Shown: in pieces, positions 1-10,182 of the stretch | How the letters are laid out: every line of letters begins with the position of its first letter | How positions within the stretch are numbered: the first letter of the stretch is position 1 | Assembly: GCA_015233495.1 (NCBI GenBank) | Contig: JADFXQ010000006.1 | Span: 1 to 59,858 of the forward strand | Length of the DNA: 59,858 bases | Direction: 5' to 3' | Source of the DNA: Candidatus Omnitrophota bacterium | GTDB lineage: Bacteria > Omnitrophota > Gorgyraeia > Zapsychrales > Zapsychraceae | Notes under the pieces: generated by a model | Databases searched by the model: none | What the model was told of the DNA's origin: nothing | What the model saw: the letters and a program-made list of their open reading frames with translations, nothing else | Made by a program: the position numbers and the translations under genes

Positions 1-283
1 CGATAGTCACACTCGTTGGTCACTATGGCATTGCTTGGCTTGTAGGGCAAAAAGTGCTCGCGTCGGGATAGCGACGGATTTTTTTGAAAAAAAGGCCGCT
101 TCTTTGGCCCTACATTGAGCGATCTCGGAGCTGGTCGACCTATATGACCCCGGCAAAATGCTTCATATCGAGCCCGGAGCTCCTCAAAGATATCGGCTTT
201 GATGATTAAAATTTTTTTCGCCCCCCCAGGGAATAGGGGGTAAGGATCTATGGTATCATTCCCACTTCTAAAATCAAATTCTA

Positions 284-312
284 TAGACATCCCGAATCAG
301 AAGTGGTAGACT
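284..312 (+). promoter_or_regulatory. sigma70-type promoter, probably driving a leaderless transcript
   Basis: TAGACA (284-289), 17-nt spacer, TG at 304-305, TAGACT (307-312); ATG at 319 only 6 nt later with no Shine-Dalgarno. Confidence 0.55.
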
Positions 313-318
313 TGCCGC

Positions 319-642
319 ATGACTTTTGACGATTTATTTCAGAAAATTCAGGCGATTCCGTCTGTGGAAAAGCGCGCTTGCCAGGAAAATTACGTTGAGA
401 TCGTTTTAACGCGGGCGGGAGTTGACACGTTGACTCCCAGTCTGCTGGCCTATTTTGGCTTGCCGCTTAAACCACCGGGACAGCCGCCTTGTCACGAGTC
501 TTTAAATTATTCCACTCCTTACGGCGGGATCCAGTCCAACCAAACCATGTTCGCGCGGAAAAATGAAACCGGCGCGGAATTAGTTTTGCTCTGGCCGTGG
601 GGGAATGGTGAAAATATTACCGTCAAGATTATTCGGCAGTAG
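319..642 (+). CDS. hypothetical protein (107 aa)
   Basis: Clean ORF behind a promoter-like motif; C-terminal LWPW motif; no family recognised. Confidence 0.7.
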   Translation: MTFDDLFQKIQAIPSVEKRACQENYVEIVLTRAGVDTLTPSLLAYFGLPLKPPGQPPCHESLNYSTPYGGIQSNQTMFARKNETGAELVLLWPWGNGENITVKIIRQ

Positions 643-680
643 AAAATGTTTTTACTGCGAATCGCAGAGAGGGGAAAGAC

Positions 681-1214
681 ATGAACAAGGCATTATTCAG
701 TATGGTGATGGGCGCGCTGTTCTTATTATCCGCGGTAACGGTTAAAGCGGAAAATAAGGTTATCGCCGCGGGCAAGTTGGTTAAAATGGATTACACCTTG
801 ACGGTGGATGGAAAAGTAGTGGACACGTCTGCGGGCAAACAACCCCTGCAATATATTCAGGGTCAGCATCAAATTATTCCGGGTTTGGAACGGCAGTTAG
901 AAGGGATGAAAGTCGGCGATCAGAAGAAGATTATTGTTTTGGCCGTGGAAGGTTACGGGATGCCGAATAAGAATTTTATCGTCGAAGCGCCGAAGACTAA
1001 TTTGGCAAAAGGCATTGTGCTGGAAAAAGGCATAGTCTTGCAGACGCAGACCCAAGACGGACAAGTTCATGCCGGTAAAGTGGTGGAAATTAAAGATAAG
1101 ACCATGATGATTGATTTTAATCATCCGTTGGCGGGAAAAGATTTGGTTTTCGACGTGAAAATCGTTGATGTCGGCAACGCGCCAACCGCAGCTGCGGAAA
1201 TGCCGAAAAAGTAA
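681..1214 (+). CDS. slyD: SlyD/SlpA-type FKBP peptidyl-prolyl isomerase with N-terminal signal peptide
   Basis: DYTLTVDG, GQHQIIPGLE, DFNHPLAGKDLVFDV motifs; hydrophobic leader ending VKA; GAGG RBS. Confidence 0.85.
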   Translation: MNKALFSMVMGALFLLSAVTVKAENKVIAAGKLVKMDYTLTVDGKVVDTSAGKQPLQYIQGQHQIIPGLERQLEGMKVGDQKKIIVLAVEGYGMPNKNFIVEAPKTNLAKGIVLEKGIVLQTQTQDGQVHAGKVVEIKDKTMMIDFNHPLAGKDLVFDVKIVDVGNAPTAAAEMPKK

Positions 1215-1217
1215 CAT

Positions 1218-2360
1218 ATGGCTTCTTTAAACGCTCTTTGGACATTTCCAGCTATTGTCGCGGCGGCCATGCTTATTGCTTGGGCCGCGGAATGCGGCCA
1301 ATTTTTTATTTCGCAGGGTTTGGCCTTAGCGGTTTTGGCGTGGGTTCAGACTTTGCCGGAATTCGCGGTGGAAGCAGTGATTGCTTTGGACGCTGCCCAA
1401 GATCCGGCGAAAACGCATTTGATTACCGCGAATTACACCGGTTCATTGCGGCTCTTTGTTGGTTTAGGCTGGCCAATGGTGTATTTTGTTTCCTGGTTTT
1501 TTGGCAGAAAAAAGCGGGAGCGGGAAAAGCGCTGGGCGATTCATCTGGAAGATGAACATGCCATCGCGGTGTTAGCGCTTTTGCCGGCGCTGTCCTATTT
1601 TTTGTTGATCTATTTTAAGGGCACGTTAAACATTATTGACGGGCTGGTTTTAACCGCGATTTATTTTGGGTATCTTTTTCTTTTATCCAAAATGCCGCCC
1701 CACGATCATGAAGAAATCGCGGATTTGGGCCGGATTCCCCGATATATCATGGGCCGGCCGTCGGCAAGTCGGGCGGCATGGATAATCGGATTTTTTATCG
1801 CGGGCGCGGGGATCCTTTATTTTGCCGCGCATCCGTTTTTAAATTCCATGCTGGCGATTGCCGTATCCGTGGGAATTTCGCAATTCGTGTTTGTGCAGTG
1901 GGTAGCGCCGTTTTTAAGCGAGTTTCCGGAGAAGCTTTCGGCTTTCCATTGGGCGAGAAAAGTGAGCAAGGCGCCCATGGCTTTGATCAATTTTGTGTCT
2001 TCGTCGATCAATCAATGGACGATCTTGGTGGCCATTGTCCCCTTCCTTTATTCGTTTGGCCGGGGGCACATTTCGCCGATAGTCTTTGACGCACATCAGA
2101 GAGCGGAAATTTTATTAACTATCGTGCAGTCGTATTTGGGATTTTTGTTTTTAGCCAGTATGGATTTTGGTCTGGTGGAGGCCTGCGGGTTATTCGGGTT
2201 GTGGCTGGCGCAGTTTGTTATGCCGCAAACGCGGCTAGGGATAACTGGGGTTTACGGCGGGTGGGCTTTGGTGGAAACGATACGCTTGGCGAGGAATTTT
2301 CAGCAACGCAACGCGTTTGCGGTTTTCGCAAGACTTTGGAGAGGGAGCGCGAATGAATAA
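1218..2360 (+). CDS. CaCA-family (Na+/Ca2+ exchanger-like) cation antiporter
   Basis: About 10 TM helices; two alpha-repeat-like segments QTLPEFAVE and LSEFPEKLSA. Confidence 0.75.
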   Translation: MASLNALWTFPAIVAAAMLIAWAAECGQFFISQGLALAVLAWVQTLPEFAVEAVIALDAAQDPAKTHLITANYTGSLRLFVGLGWPMVYFVSWFFGRKKREREKRWAIHLEDEHAIAVLALLPALSYFLLIYFKGTLNIIDGLVLTAIYFGYLFLLSKMPPHDHEEIADLGRIPRYIMGRPSASRAAWIIGFFIAGAGILYFAAHPFLNSMLAIAVSVGISQFVFVQWVAPFLSEFPEKLSAFHWARKVSKAPMALINFVSSSINQWTILVAIVPFLYSFGRGHISPIVFDAHQRAEILLTIVQSYLGFLFLASMDFGLVEACGLFGLWLAQFVMPQTRLGITGVYGGWALVETIRLARNFQQRNAFAVFARLWRGSANE

Positions 2361-2955
2361 TTTCTGGGCACACACTAAAAAATACATTTACCGGGGCGTT
2401 TTAGCGGTGATCCCGCTTTACTTGTCGTATGTTGTTTTAAAGCTAATTTTTGTATTGATCGATAAAAAAATCGTTACCTTGGTTAATCATTACATCGGAT
2501 ACAGCATCCCGGGTTTGGGACTCTTGATCGTTTTGGTTTTGCTTTATTTCCTCGGTTTGCTGGTGAGTAACGTGGTTGGCAAAACATTTTTTAGTTTGAT
2601 TGAACGGGTTTTGAATAAAATCCCGATCATTAACACGACCTATGAAGTGGGCAAGCAGGTTTCGTCGACTTTATCCTTATCGGAAAAACAGGTTTTTCAT
2701 AAGGCGGGTTTGCTTAAAGTCCGTGATGGGGTATGGGCGGTAGGGTTTGTGACCGGCACGCTGAGAGATCAGAACACGGGAGAAATTTATTTAAAGACGT
2801 TTGTGCCCCATGTTCCGAACCCGACATCCGGGTTCATTTTAGTGACGCAGGAAATGGATTTGATCGATGTAGGATGGACAGTTGAGGACGCGATTAAAAT
2901 CGTGATTTCCGGAGGCATTATTGGCCCGGCCACGATCAACACTATGGTGTTATAA
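2353..2955 (+). CDS. DUF502 membrane protein
   Basis: GVLAVIPL, IPIINTTY, FVPHVPNPTSGF motifs; start moved to ATG 2353, overlapping the previous stop. Confidence 0.85.
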   Translation: MNNFWAHTKKYIYRGVLAVIPLYLSYVVLKLIFVLIDKKIVTLVNHYIGYSIPGLGLLIVLVLLYFLGLLVSNVVGKTFFSLIERVLNKIPIINTTYEVGKQVSSTLSLSEKQVFHKAGLLKVRDGVWAVGFVTGTLRDQNTGEIYLKTFVPHVPNPTSGFILVTQEMDLIDVGWTVEDAIKIVISGGIIGPATINTMVL

Positions 2956-3203
2956 TGTCCGGTATGGCGGATAAGAAGCCGATATATCAAAATATAAAAA
3001 TCGCTGGCATTGTCTGCTGGATTCCCTTTATACTGATTTCCGGTCCGGTGGCGGGTTTTTTTGCCGGGGAATTTTTAAAAGAGCGGTTTGGCTTGAGTTC
3101 CGGTTGGAGCACGGCTTTGATATGTTTGGGTGCTTTGTCCGGTTTTATGGAAACCGCCCGCATGATCCGTTGGTTGATAAAGTTGGAAAGTAAAAAGCAA
3201 TGA
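2955..3203 (+). CDS. AtpZ/AtpI-family small membrane protein
   Basis: 82 aa, two TM helices, immediately upstream of atpB (ATGA overlap). Confidence 0.75.
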   Translation: MSGMADKKPIYQNIKIAGIVCWIPFILISGPVAGFFAGEFLKERFGLSSGWSTALICLGALSGFMETARMIRWLIKLESKKQ

Positions 3204-3946
3204 CTGCCGCTAAATCCGAATATCCGGAATTCCCTAATATTATATCCATCCTGGGCGAGCATTTTCACGCCGCGCCGTTCGGCAGGTTTCTTTTGCAGTG
3301 GGAAAATTTGATTTACGCGTTTTTGGTGATGGGGATAATCACGCTGTTCGCTTTTTTGGCGACGCGCAAAATGAAACCGGTGCCGGGACGGCTGCAAGCG
3401 GCCGCGGAATTATTAGTCGGGTTTATTGATGATTTTGTCTGCATGGTGATCGGCCCCAGCGGCAGAAAATACACGCCGTTTATCGGCACTTTGTTCCTTT
3501 ATATTATCACCATGAATCTGATCGGTTATATCCCGTTTTTGAAATCCCCGAGCGCGGATTGGTCGATTACTCTGGCTTTGGCTTTATGTGTTTTTGTGTA
3601 TGTGGAATTCGACTCTTTGCGCGAGTTGGGATTTGTCGGATATGTCGATCATATGATGGGCAGGCCGCGCGGGGTTCTGGCGTTCACGGTAATTTTGCCG
3701 GCGGCGATTTTCGCGCTGCATATGATGGCGGAAGTCTTACGGCCGTTGACGTTGTCTTTGCGTCTTCGCAGCAATATCTGGGGCGACGATATGCTCTTGG
3801 CGTTGTTGGCGGGATTTGGATTTCAAGGGTTGCCGCTGATGTTGTTTAGCATGTTTTTGACCTTGGTTGGGGCGGTGGTGCAAGCGATAGTGTTTTGTTT
3901 ATTGACGACCGTGTATTTCGCTTTAATTTTTAATCACGAGGAATAA
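3200..3946 (+). CDS. atpB: F0 ATP synthase subunit a
   Basis: RPLTLSLRLRSNI, QAIVFCLLTTVY motifs; operon position. Confidence 0.97.
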   Translation: MTAAKSEYPEFPNIISILGEHFHAAPFGRFLLQWENLIYAFLVMGIITLFAFLATRKMKPVPGRLQAAAELLVGFIDDFVCMVIGPSGRKYTPFIGTLFLYIITMNLIGYIPFLKSPSADWSITLALALCVFVYVEFDSLRELGFVGYVDHMMGRPRGVLAFTVILPAAIFALHMMAEVLRPLTLSLRLRSNIWGDDMLLALLAGFGFQGLPLMLFSMFLTLVGAVVQAIVFCLLTTVYFALIFNHEE

Positions 3947-3968
3947 TCTTTTAAAGGAGGAAAAGGAA

Positions 3969-4193
3969 ATGGATATCAAAACAGCATTTGCGTTGTCTTT
4001 ACCGTTTGCCGTAGGGTTGGCCTGTATGGGCGCGGGTTTAGGGTTGGGCCGGGCGGTGGCGTCGGCTTTGGACGCGTTGGGCCGCCAGCCGGAAGCGATG
4101 GGCAAAATTTTCGCGGTGATGGCCGTGGGTTGCGCGTTCATTGAAGCCTGCGCCATTTACGCGTTGGTTTACAGTTTCGCGATGAAGCCATAG
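3969..4193 (+). CDS. atpE: F0 ATP synthase subunit c, H+-type
   Basis: GxGxGxG, RQPE loop, essential Glu in FIEAC; lacks the Gln and Ser/Thr ligands of Na+-type c rings. Confidence 0.97.
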   Translation: MDIKTAFALSLPFAVGLACMGAGLGLGRAVASALDALGRQPEAMGKIFAVMAVGCAFIEACAIYALVYSFAMKP

Positions 4194-4207
4194 TCAAGGG
4201 AGCCAAC

Positions 4208-4705
4208 ATGGAACTTCTCAAGCTATTGAATAGCAATGAAGTCATTATCCAGATCATTAGTTTTCTCGTTATGCTGACGGTCTTGCGTTTTTTGCTCTGG
4301 GGCCGGGTCTTAAAGGCCTTAGACGCCCGGAAAGAAAAAATCGCCAAAGATTTGAGCGATATCGAAGCCGGCAAGGCCTCGGTCGAAGAATTTAAACGCC
4401 TTTACGCGGACAAGCTGGGCGCGATTGAAGAAACCGCGCGCGGCCGGATCCAAGAAGCGGTTGTCGAGGGGCAGAGGGTTGTTGAACAAATGAAACGCGA
4501 CGGGCAAAATGAGACTAAACAGATGGTGGAACGGGCTAAAGAAGAAATTCAGTATGAAGTCCGCAAAGCCCAAACCGAGTTCCGCGACCAAGTGGCGGAT
4601 TTGGTGGTCACTACGATGGAGCGGGTGATCCCCGAGCGGTTGACCGCGGCGGATGACCGCAAAATCGTAGAAGAACTGATCAAGAAAGTCGATGCTACGT
4701 CATGA
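4208..4705 (+). CDS. atpF: F0 ATP synthase subunit b
   Basis: N-terminal TM helix followed by long coiled coil; operon position. Confidence 0.95.
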   Translation: MELLKLLNSNEVIIQIISFLVMLTVLRFLLWGRVLKALDARKEKIAKDLSDIEAGKASVEEFKRLYADKLGAIEETARGRIQEAVVEGQRVVEQMKRDGQNETKQMVERAKEEIQYEVRKAQTEFRDQVADLVVTTMERVIPERLTAADDRKIVEELIKKVDATS

Positions 4706-5352
4706 ACCAAGAAATTTTGATCCGGCGCTATTCCGAGGCTTTTGTCGGGCATGTTCAAAAAACAATCCAGTCAGATCGACCGGAGTGCAGAATCCAGTCA
4801 GTTCTGCCGGAGCCGTCACGCACTGAGCGGAGCGAAGTGACGGCGGAGTGCAGAATCCAGTCAGTTCTGCCTGAGGCGATCGGCGAATTGTTGGCCATTA
4901 AAAAAATTATGGAGATGTGTCCGGATTTTGGGCTGTTGCTGAAAAACCCGGAGATCCCTTCCGCGGAAAAGTGCGCCTTGGTAGACGCAGCGTTTCAAAC
5001 TTCGGTTTCCGAGGATGTCCGAAATTTTTTAAAACTGCTCATCGAGCATAAACGCGCCTTGTTTCTCGTAGCTATCATCGATTATATCCGGGAACATTAT
5101 TTACGCGCCGCGTATATGAATGTGCTGGTGAAAACCGCGTCCATGCTGGATGATGATCTGCTGGCCGGTCTGACAAAACAATTGGAGCGAAAATTGCAAA
5201 GAAGCGTGCGGTTGTTCATTGAGCTCGACGGCAATCTTTTGGGCGGACTGCAAATTTTCGCCGGGAATAAAATCATCGACGCTTCGGTCCGCAAGCGTCT
5301 TTCGCAAGTCAAAGATATATTAAAAACAGCGGAGTTGATCCCATGGAAATAA
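4702..5352 (+). CDS. atpH: F1 ATP synthase subunit delta with an in-frame repeat insertion
   Basis: [28 protein letters not shown] motifs; extra ~30 aa near the N-terminus. Confidence 0.93.
   Translation: MNQEILIRRYSEAFVGHVQKTIQSDRPECRIQSVLPEPSRTERSEVTAECRIQSVLPEAIGELLAIKKIMEMCPDFGLLLKNPEIPSAEKCALVDAAFQTSVSEDVRNFLKLLIEHKRALFLVAIIDYIREHYLRAAYMNVLVKTASMLDDDLLAGLTKQLERKLQRSVRLFIELDGNLLGGLQIFAGNKIIDASVRKRLSQVKDILKTAELIPWK
4764..4871. repeat. in-frame duplication plus palindromic element inside atpH
   Basis: 28-bp exact direct repeat cggagtgcagaatccagtcagttctgcc at 4781-4808 and 4844-4871 flanking hairpin ccgtcac..gtgacgg; third partial copy aatccagtcag at 4764-4774. Confidence 0.9.
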
Positions 5353-6890
5353 GACCGGAAGAAATCACGTCCATCCTGAAAAAAGAGCTGGAAAAATACC
5401 AGACCCGTTTAGAAACCGAATCGATCGGCCGGGTCATCCAAGTCGGCGACACGATCGCCCGGATTTATGGTTTGGATGACGTGATGATGGGCGAGTTGAT
5501 CGATTTTGGCAACAATGTTATGGGGATGGTCTTGAACTTGGAAGAAGACAGCGTCGGCGCGGTAATTTTTGGTTCGGACAATCCGGACCGCGAAATCCGC
5601 GAGGGGGACATTGTGCGCCGCACGGGAAAAATCATCCAGGTGCCGGTGGGCGAGGCCTTGGTGGGCCGGGTGGTGAACGCTTTGGGAAAACCCGTAGACG
5701 GCAAAGGGCCGATTCATACGGATAAATTCCGTCCGCTTTTGACCGGGGCGCCGGGTGTAGTCGAACGGCAGCCGGTGGACCAGAGTTTGGAAACCGGGAT
5801 CAAGGCGATTGATTCGATGATCCCGATCGGCCGAGGACAGCGGGAACTGATCATCGGCGACCGGCAGACCGGCAAGACCGCGATCGCGATTGACATGATC
5901 ATCAACCAAAAAGGCAAAGGCGTGCATTGCGTTTACGTCGGGGTCGGCCAGAAAATATCGAGCATTGTCGGAGTATCGCAGACTCTGGAAAAATACGGAG
6001 CCATGGAATACACCACAATTGTCACCGCTTCCGCCCGGGCTTCGGCTTCGCTGCAATATTTGGCGCCGTACACCGGCTGCGCGATCGGCGAGGAATTTAT
6101 GGTTTCCGGGAAAAACGCCTTGGCGATTTATGACGATTTATCGAAACACGCCCAGGCCTACCGGCAATTGTCTTTGTTGTTGCGCCGTCCGCCTGGACGC
6201 GAGGCGTATCCGGGAGACGTTTTTTATCTGCATTCACGCTTGTTGGAACGCTCCGCGCGGCTCAACAATGATTTGGGCGGCGGTTCCTTGACCGCGATTC
6301 CGATCATTGAGACGCAGGCCGGAGATATTACGAGTTATATCCCGACGAACGTCATCTCTATCACCGACGGGCAAATTTATTTGGAAAGCGATCTTTTTTA
6401 CGCGGGTAACCGTCCGGCGGTCAACGTCGGCCTGTCGGTGTCGCGCGTCGGCGGTAAGGCGCAAACCAAAGCCATGCGTCAGGTTGCGGCTCAATTGCGT
6501 TTGGATTTAGCCCAGTATCGCGAATTATTGACCTTTTCGCAATTCGGTTCGGAAATCGACAAGTCGGTGCAAGATCAATTGACCCGGGGTTTGCGGATGA
6601 CGGAAATATTAAAACAAGGGCAATACGAACCCTTGCCGCTCGCCAAACAGGTCATGATCATTTACGCGGGAACGAAGGGTTTTCTGGATGACATTGAAGC
6701 GTCAAAAATCGGCGCGTTTGAAAAGAAATTTTATGAATTTTTAGCGGCAAAATACGCGGACGTGGAAGCGGACATCCAGTCTAAAAAAGCCCTGGATGAC
6801 AGCATCACTATCCGGCTGGAAAAAGCGATCAAAGAATTTAAAGAAATTTTTAAGACCGCGGCAGAGCCGGTCTCTGCTGCGCAGAAATAG
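5343..6890 (+). CDS. atpA: F1 ATP synthase subunit alpha
   Basis: GDRQTGKT Walker [14 protein letters not shown]. Confidence 0.99.
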   Translation: MEIRPEEITSILKKELEKYQTRLETESIGRVIQVGDTIARIYGLDDVMMGELIDFGNNVMGMVLNLEEDSVGAVIFGSDNPDREIREGDIVRRTGKIIQVPVGEALVGRVVNALGKPVDGKGPIHTDKFRPLLTGAPGVVERQPVDQSLETGIKAIDSMIPIGRGQRELIIGDRQTGKTAIAIDMIINQKGKGVHCVYVGVGQKISSIVGVSQTLEKYGAMEYTTIVTASARASASLQYLAPYTGCAIGEEFMVSGKNALAIYDDLSKHAQAYRQLSLLLRRPPGREAYPGDVFYLHSRLLERSARLNNDLGGGSLTAIPIIETQAGDITSYIPTNVISITDGQIYLESDLFYAGNRPAVNVGLSVSRVGGKAQTKAMRQVAAQLRLDLAQYRELLTFSQFGSEIDKSVQDQLTRGLRMTEILKQGQYEPLPLAKQVMIIYAGTKGFLDDIEASKIGAFEKKFYEFLAAKYADVEADIQSKKALDDSITIRLEKAIKEFKEIFKTAAEPVSAAQK

Positions 6891-6918
6891 CGCGCCTTGC
6901 AGACTCTATGATCTGTTC

Positions 6919-6938
6919 ATTCCACGAACAGCGGGAAT
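6919..6938. repeat. REP-like ATTCCC-N8-GGGAAT element, one mismatch
   Basis: attccacgaacagcgggaat in the atpA-atpG spacer; related to the copy at 9463-9486. Confidence 0.6.
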
Positions 6939-7031
6939 CCACTGGCGAAAATACTTTGCCTGTGTGGTTCAGCCTGCTCGTGGTTGCCGGTTACGGATAT
7001 CGCGGCATATTTAATAGGGGACAACGCCTTT

Positions 7032-7988
7032 ATGGCACAATCGCTTCGGCACATCAAATCGCGCATTAAAAGCGTTGAGAATGTTAAAAAAATCACCCGG
7101 GCCATGGAAATGGTTTCCGTGGCTAAGTTGAAGTCTTTGCAAAACAAATGCTTGAACGGGCAGCTGCAGTTTAAGGCCGTGGAAGCTATGCTTTTGAACG
7201 CTTTGGCTGGTAACAAAGATTGGACGCATCCTTTACTGACTGTCCGTCCAACGGTCAAGAAAATCGCTTTGTGTTTGATGACTTCGTCTTCCGGGTTGTG
7301 CGGAAATTATAATCAAGCGTTGTTGAAAACCGCGGAAAACTTTATCGCCCAGTATGCGGGGCAGTCGATTCAGACGATTGTCATCGGCCGCAAAGGCGCG
7401 AGTTTTTGCCGGAGGAAAAATATTCCCGTTCTCAGCGCGTACACGGAAATGCGCACCGCGGAAGTAACGTCCACAGCGGCGAAAATCGCTGAAGAATTGC
7501 GCCGTTTGTATTTGTCCCAGGAGGCCGATGAGGTTTACGCGGTTTATACGTATTTCGAATCCGCCTCCCGCTGCCGTCCCGTGGTGGAAAAGCTTTTCGC
7601 GATCACCCCGCCGGAGCGGTTGGGAACTCCGGCCGAATCGCCGGGGGTCGGCGCGAGGTCTGGGGATATTTTCGCTGGGGCAAGAGGCGCCGCGGCTGTT
7701 TCCGGACTGAAGTATCCCGGTCCCGCGACGGTTTACGGTTTTGAACCGGCGGGACAGGCGTTTTTAGAACAGTTGATTCCGTATTATGTGGCGGTAAAAC
7801 TGCGGATGATATTTTTAAACGCGACCGCAGCCGAACACGCCGCCCGGGTTATCGCGATGGGCGAGGCGAATCATAACGCCAAAGATATGCTTGAGCATTT
7901 GATTCTAACGCGCAACAAAATTCGTCAGGCCAGCATTACCAGTGAGATCATCGAGATCATCTCGTCGGCGGACGCGCTGAGAGAATAA
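7032..7988 (+). CDS. atpG: F1 ATP synthase subunit gamma
   Basis: IKSVENVKKITRAMEMVS, GLCGNYN, RQASITSEIIEI; start moved to ATG 7032. Confidence 0.97.
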   Translation: MAQSLRHIKSRIKSVENVKKITRAMEMVSVAKLKSLQNKCLNGQLQFKAVEAMLLNALAGNKDWTHPLLTVRPTVKKIALCLMTSSSGLCGNYNQALLKTAENFIAQYAGQSIQTIVIGRKGASFCRRKNIPVLSAYTEMRTAEVTSTAAKIAEELRRLYLSQEADEVYAVYTYFESASRCRPVVEKLFAITPPERLGTPAESPGVGARSGDIFAGARGAAAVSGLKYPGPATVYGFEPAGQAFLEQLIPYYVAVKLRMIFLNATAAEHAARVIAMGEANHNAKDMLEHLILTRNKIRQASITSEIIEIISSADALRE

Positions 7989-7995
7989 GATTATT

Positions 7996-9437
<1,442 letters not shown>

Positions 9438-9462
9438 GCAACAAATCCTGTTGTTATACCGC

Positions 9463-9486
9463 AGATTCCCGCTTTCGCGGGAATCT
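9463..9486. repeat. perfect REP-like palindrome
   Basis: agattcccgc-tttc-gcgggaatct, 10-bp perfect stem; right arm gcgggaatct repeated at 9553-9562. Confidence 0.8.
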
Positions 9487-9592
9487 CAGAAGAAAAGTGG
9501 AATAATAATTTTGCAAGATTTCAAAAATCGGCCTGGTTACCCAGTCTGGAAGGCGGGAATCTGTGGCGCAGGGCAGGGAAAGGGATTTAATT

Positions 9593-9883
9593 ATGGCCAA
9601 AATTTTCGCATTGAAAATCCTATCCACCGCCGGCGCAATTTATTCCTCCGACATCGCTTCGCTGATCGTCCCGGCCGCGGATGGTTATATGGGCGTTTTG
9701 GCCGAGCACGCTCCTTTTCTGGCCCATTTGAAAACCGGCCGTTTCACCTTGCGCCATTCCGACGGGAAAAACACGGTATGGGACAGCCCGGTCAGCGGTT
9801 TCATGGAAGTCCTCAAAACCCGCGTCACTATCGTTCTGGACGGCGATGTCACCGCTCAAGATCTGCGCTGGCAAACTTTATAG
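9593..9883 (+). CDS. atpC: F1 ATP synthase subunit epsilon, short form (96 aa)
   Basis: ADGYMGVLAEHAPFLAHLKTG beta-sandwich motif; no C-terminal helical domain; start moved to ATG 9593. Confidence 0.9.
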   Translation: MAKIFALKILSTAGAIYSSDIASLIVPAADGYMGVLAEHAPFLAHLKTGRFTLRHSDGKNTVWDSPVSGFMEVLKTRVTIVLDGDVTAQDLRWQTL

Positions 9884-9954
9884 CATAAATTAAGTATATA
9901 GCCATAGCGATAAGCACAGCATAAAGTCAGGACCCCATCCTCGGACCCCCGCAA

Positions 9955-10173
9955 TTGGCAAAACAGGTCGCGGATCAATTGATGGGTCACGATGCCTTAT
10001 CGGCATATACCCGTGACGAGCTTGGAATATCTGTGAACGCCAGTCCACACCCCGTGCAGGCGGCATTGGCGTCAGCCGTAATGTTCGCTGTCGGGGCGGC
10101 GATGCCGCTTATTGTTGTGGTTGCGGCGCCGGCAAAATGGTTAGTTCCTGTTGTTTTTGGAACAATTGGATAA
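9955..10173 (+). pseudogene. internal fragment of a VIT1/CCC1-family Fe/Mn exporter
   Basis: AKQVADQLM..DAL..RDELGIS..PVQAALASAVMFAVGAAMPL matches the VIT middle region; in-frame stop upstream at 9922 and early stop at 10171-10173; no RBS. Confidence 0.75.
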
Positions 10174-10182
10174 GGTGTCTAA

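Noticed and set aside
1-240. Hairpin-rich leader with fragments (cattgctt, aaaaaggcc, ggtcgacct) echoing 57280-57660
   Set aside because: Matches are only 8-9 bp and the element is cut by the window edge; cannot be defined as an RNA gene or mobile element
3969-4193. Possible Na+-translocating ATP synthase, given the linked cation antiporter
   Set aside because: The c subunit lacks the Gln and Ser/Thr Na+ ligands (GLGLG, EAC)
4764-4871. Possible mini-CRISPR (28-bp repeats with a 35-bp spacer)
   Set aside because: Only two repeats, in frame within atpH, the spacer itself is a hairpin, and there are no cas genes
9451-9888. 145-aa ORF overlapping atpC
   Set aside because: Starts in REP-containing intergenic DNA and overlaps atpC out of frame
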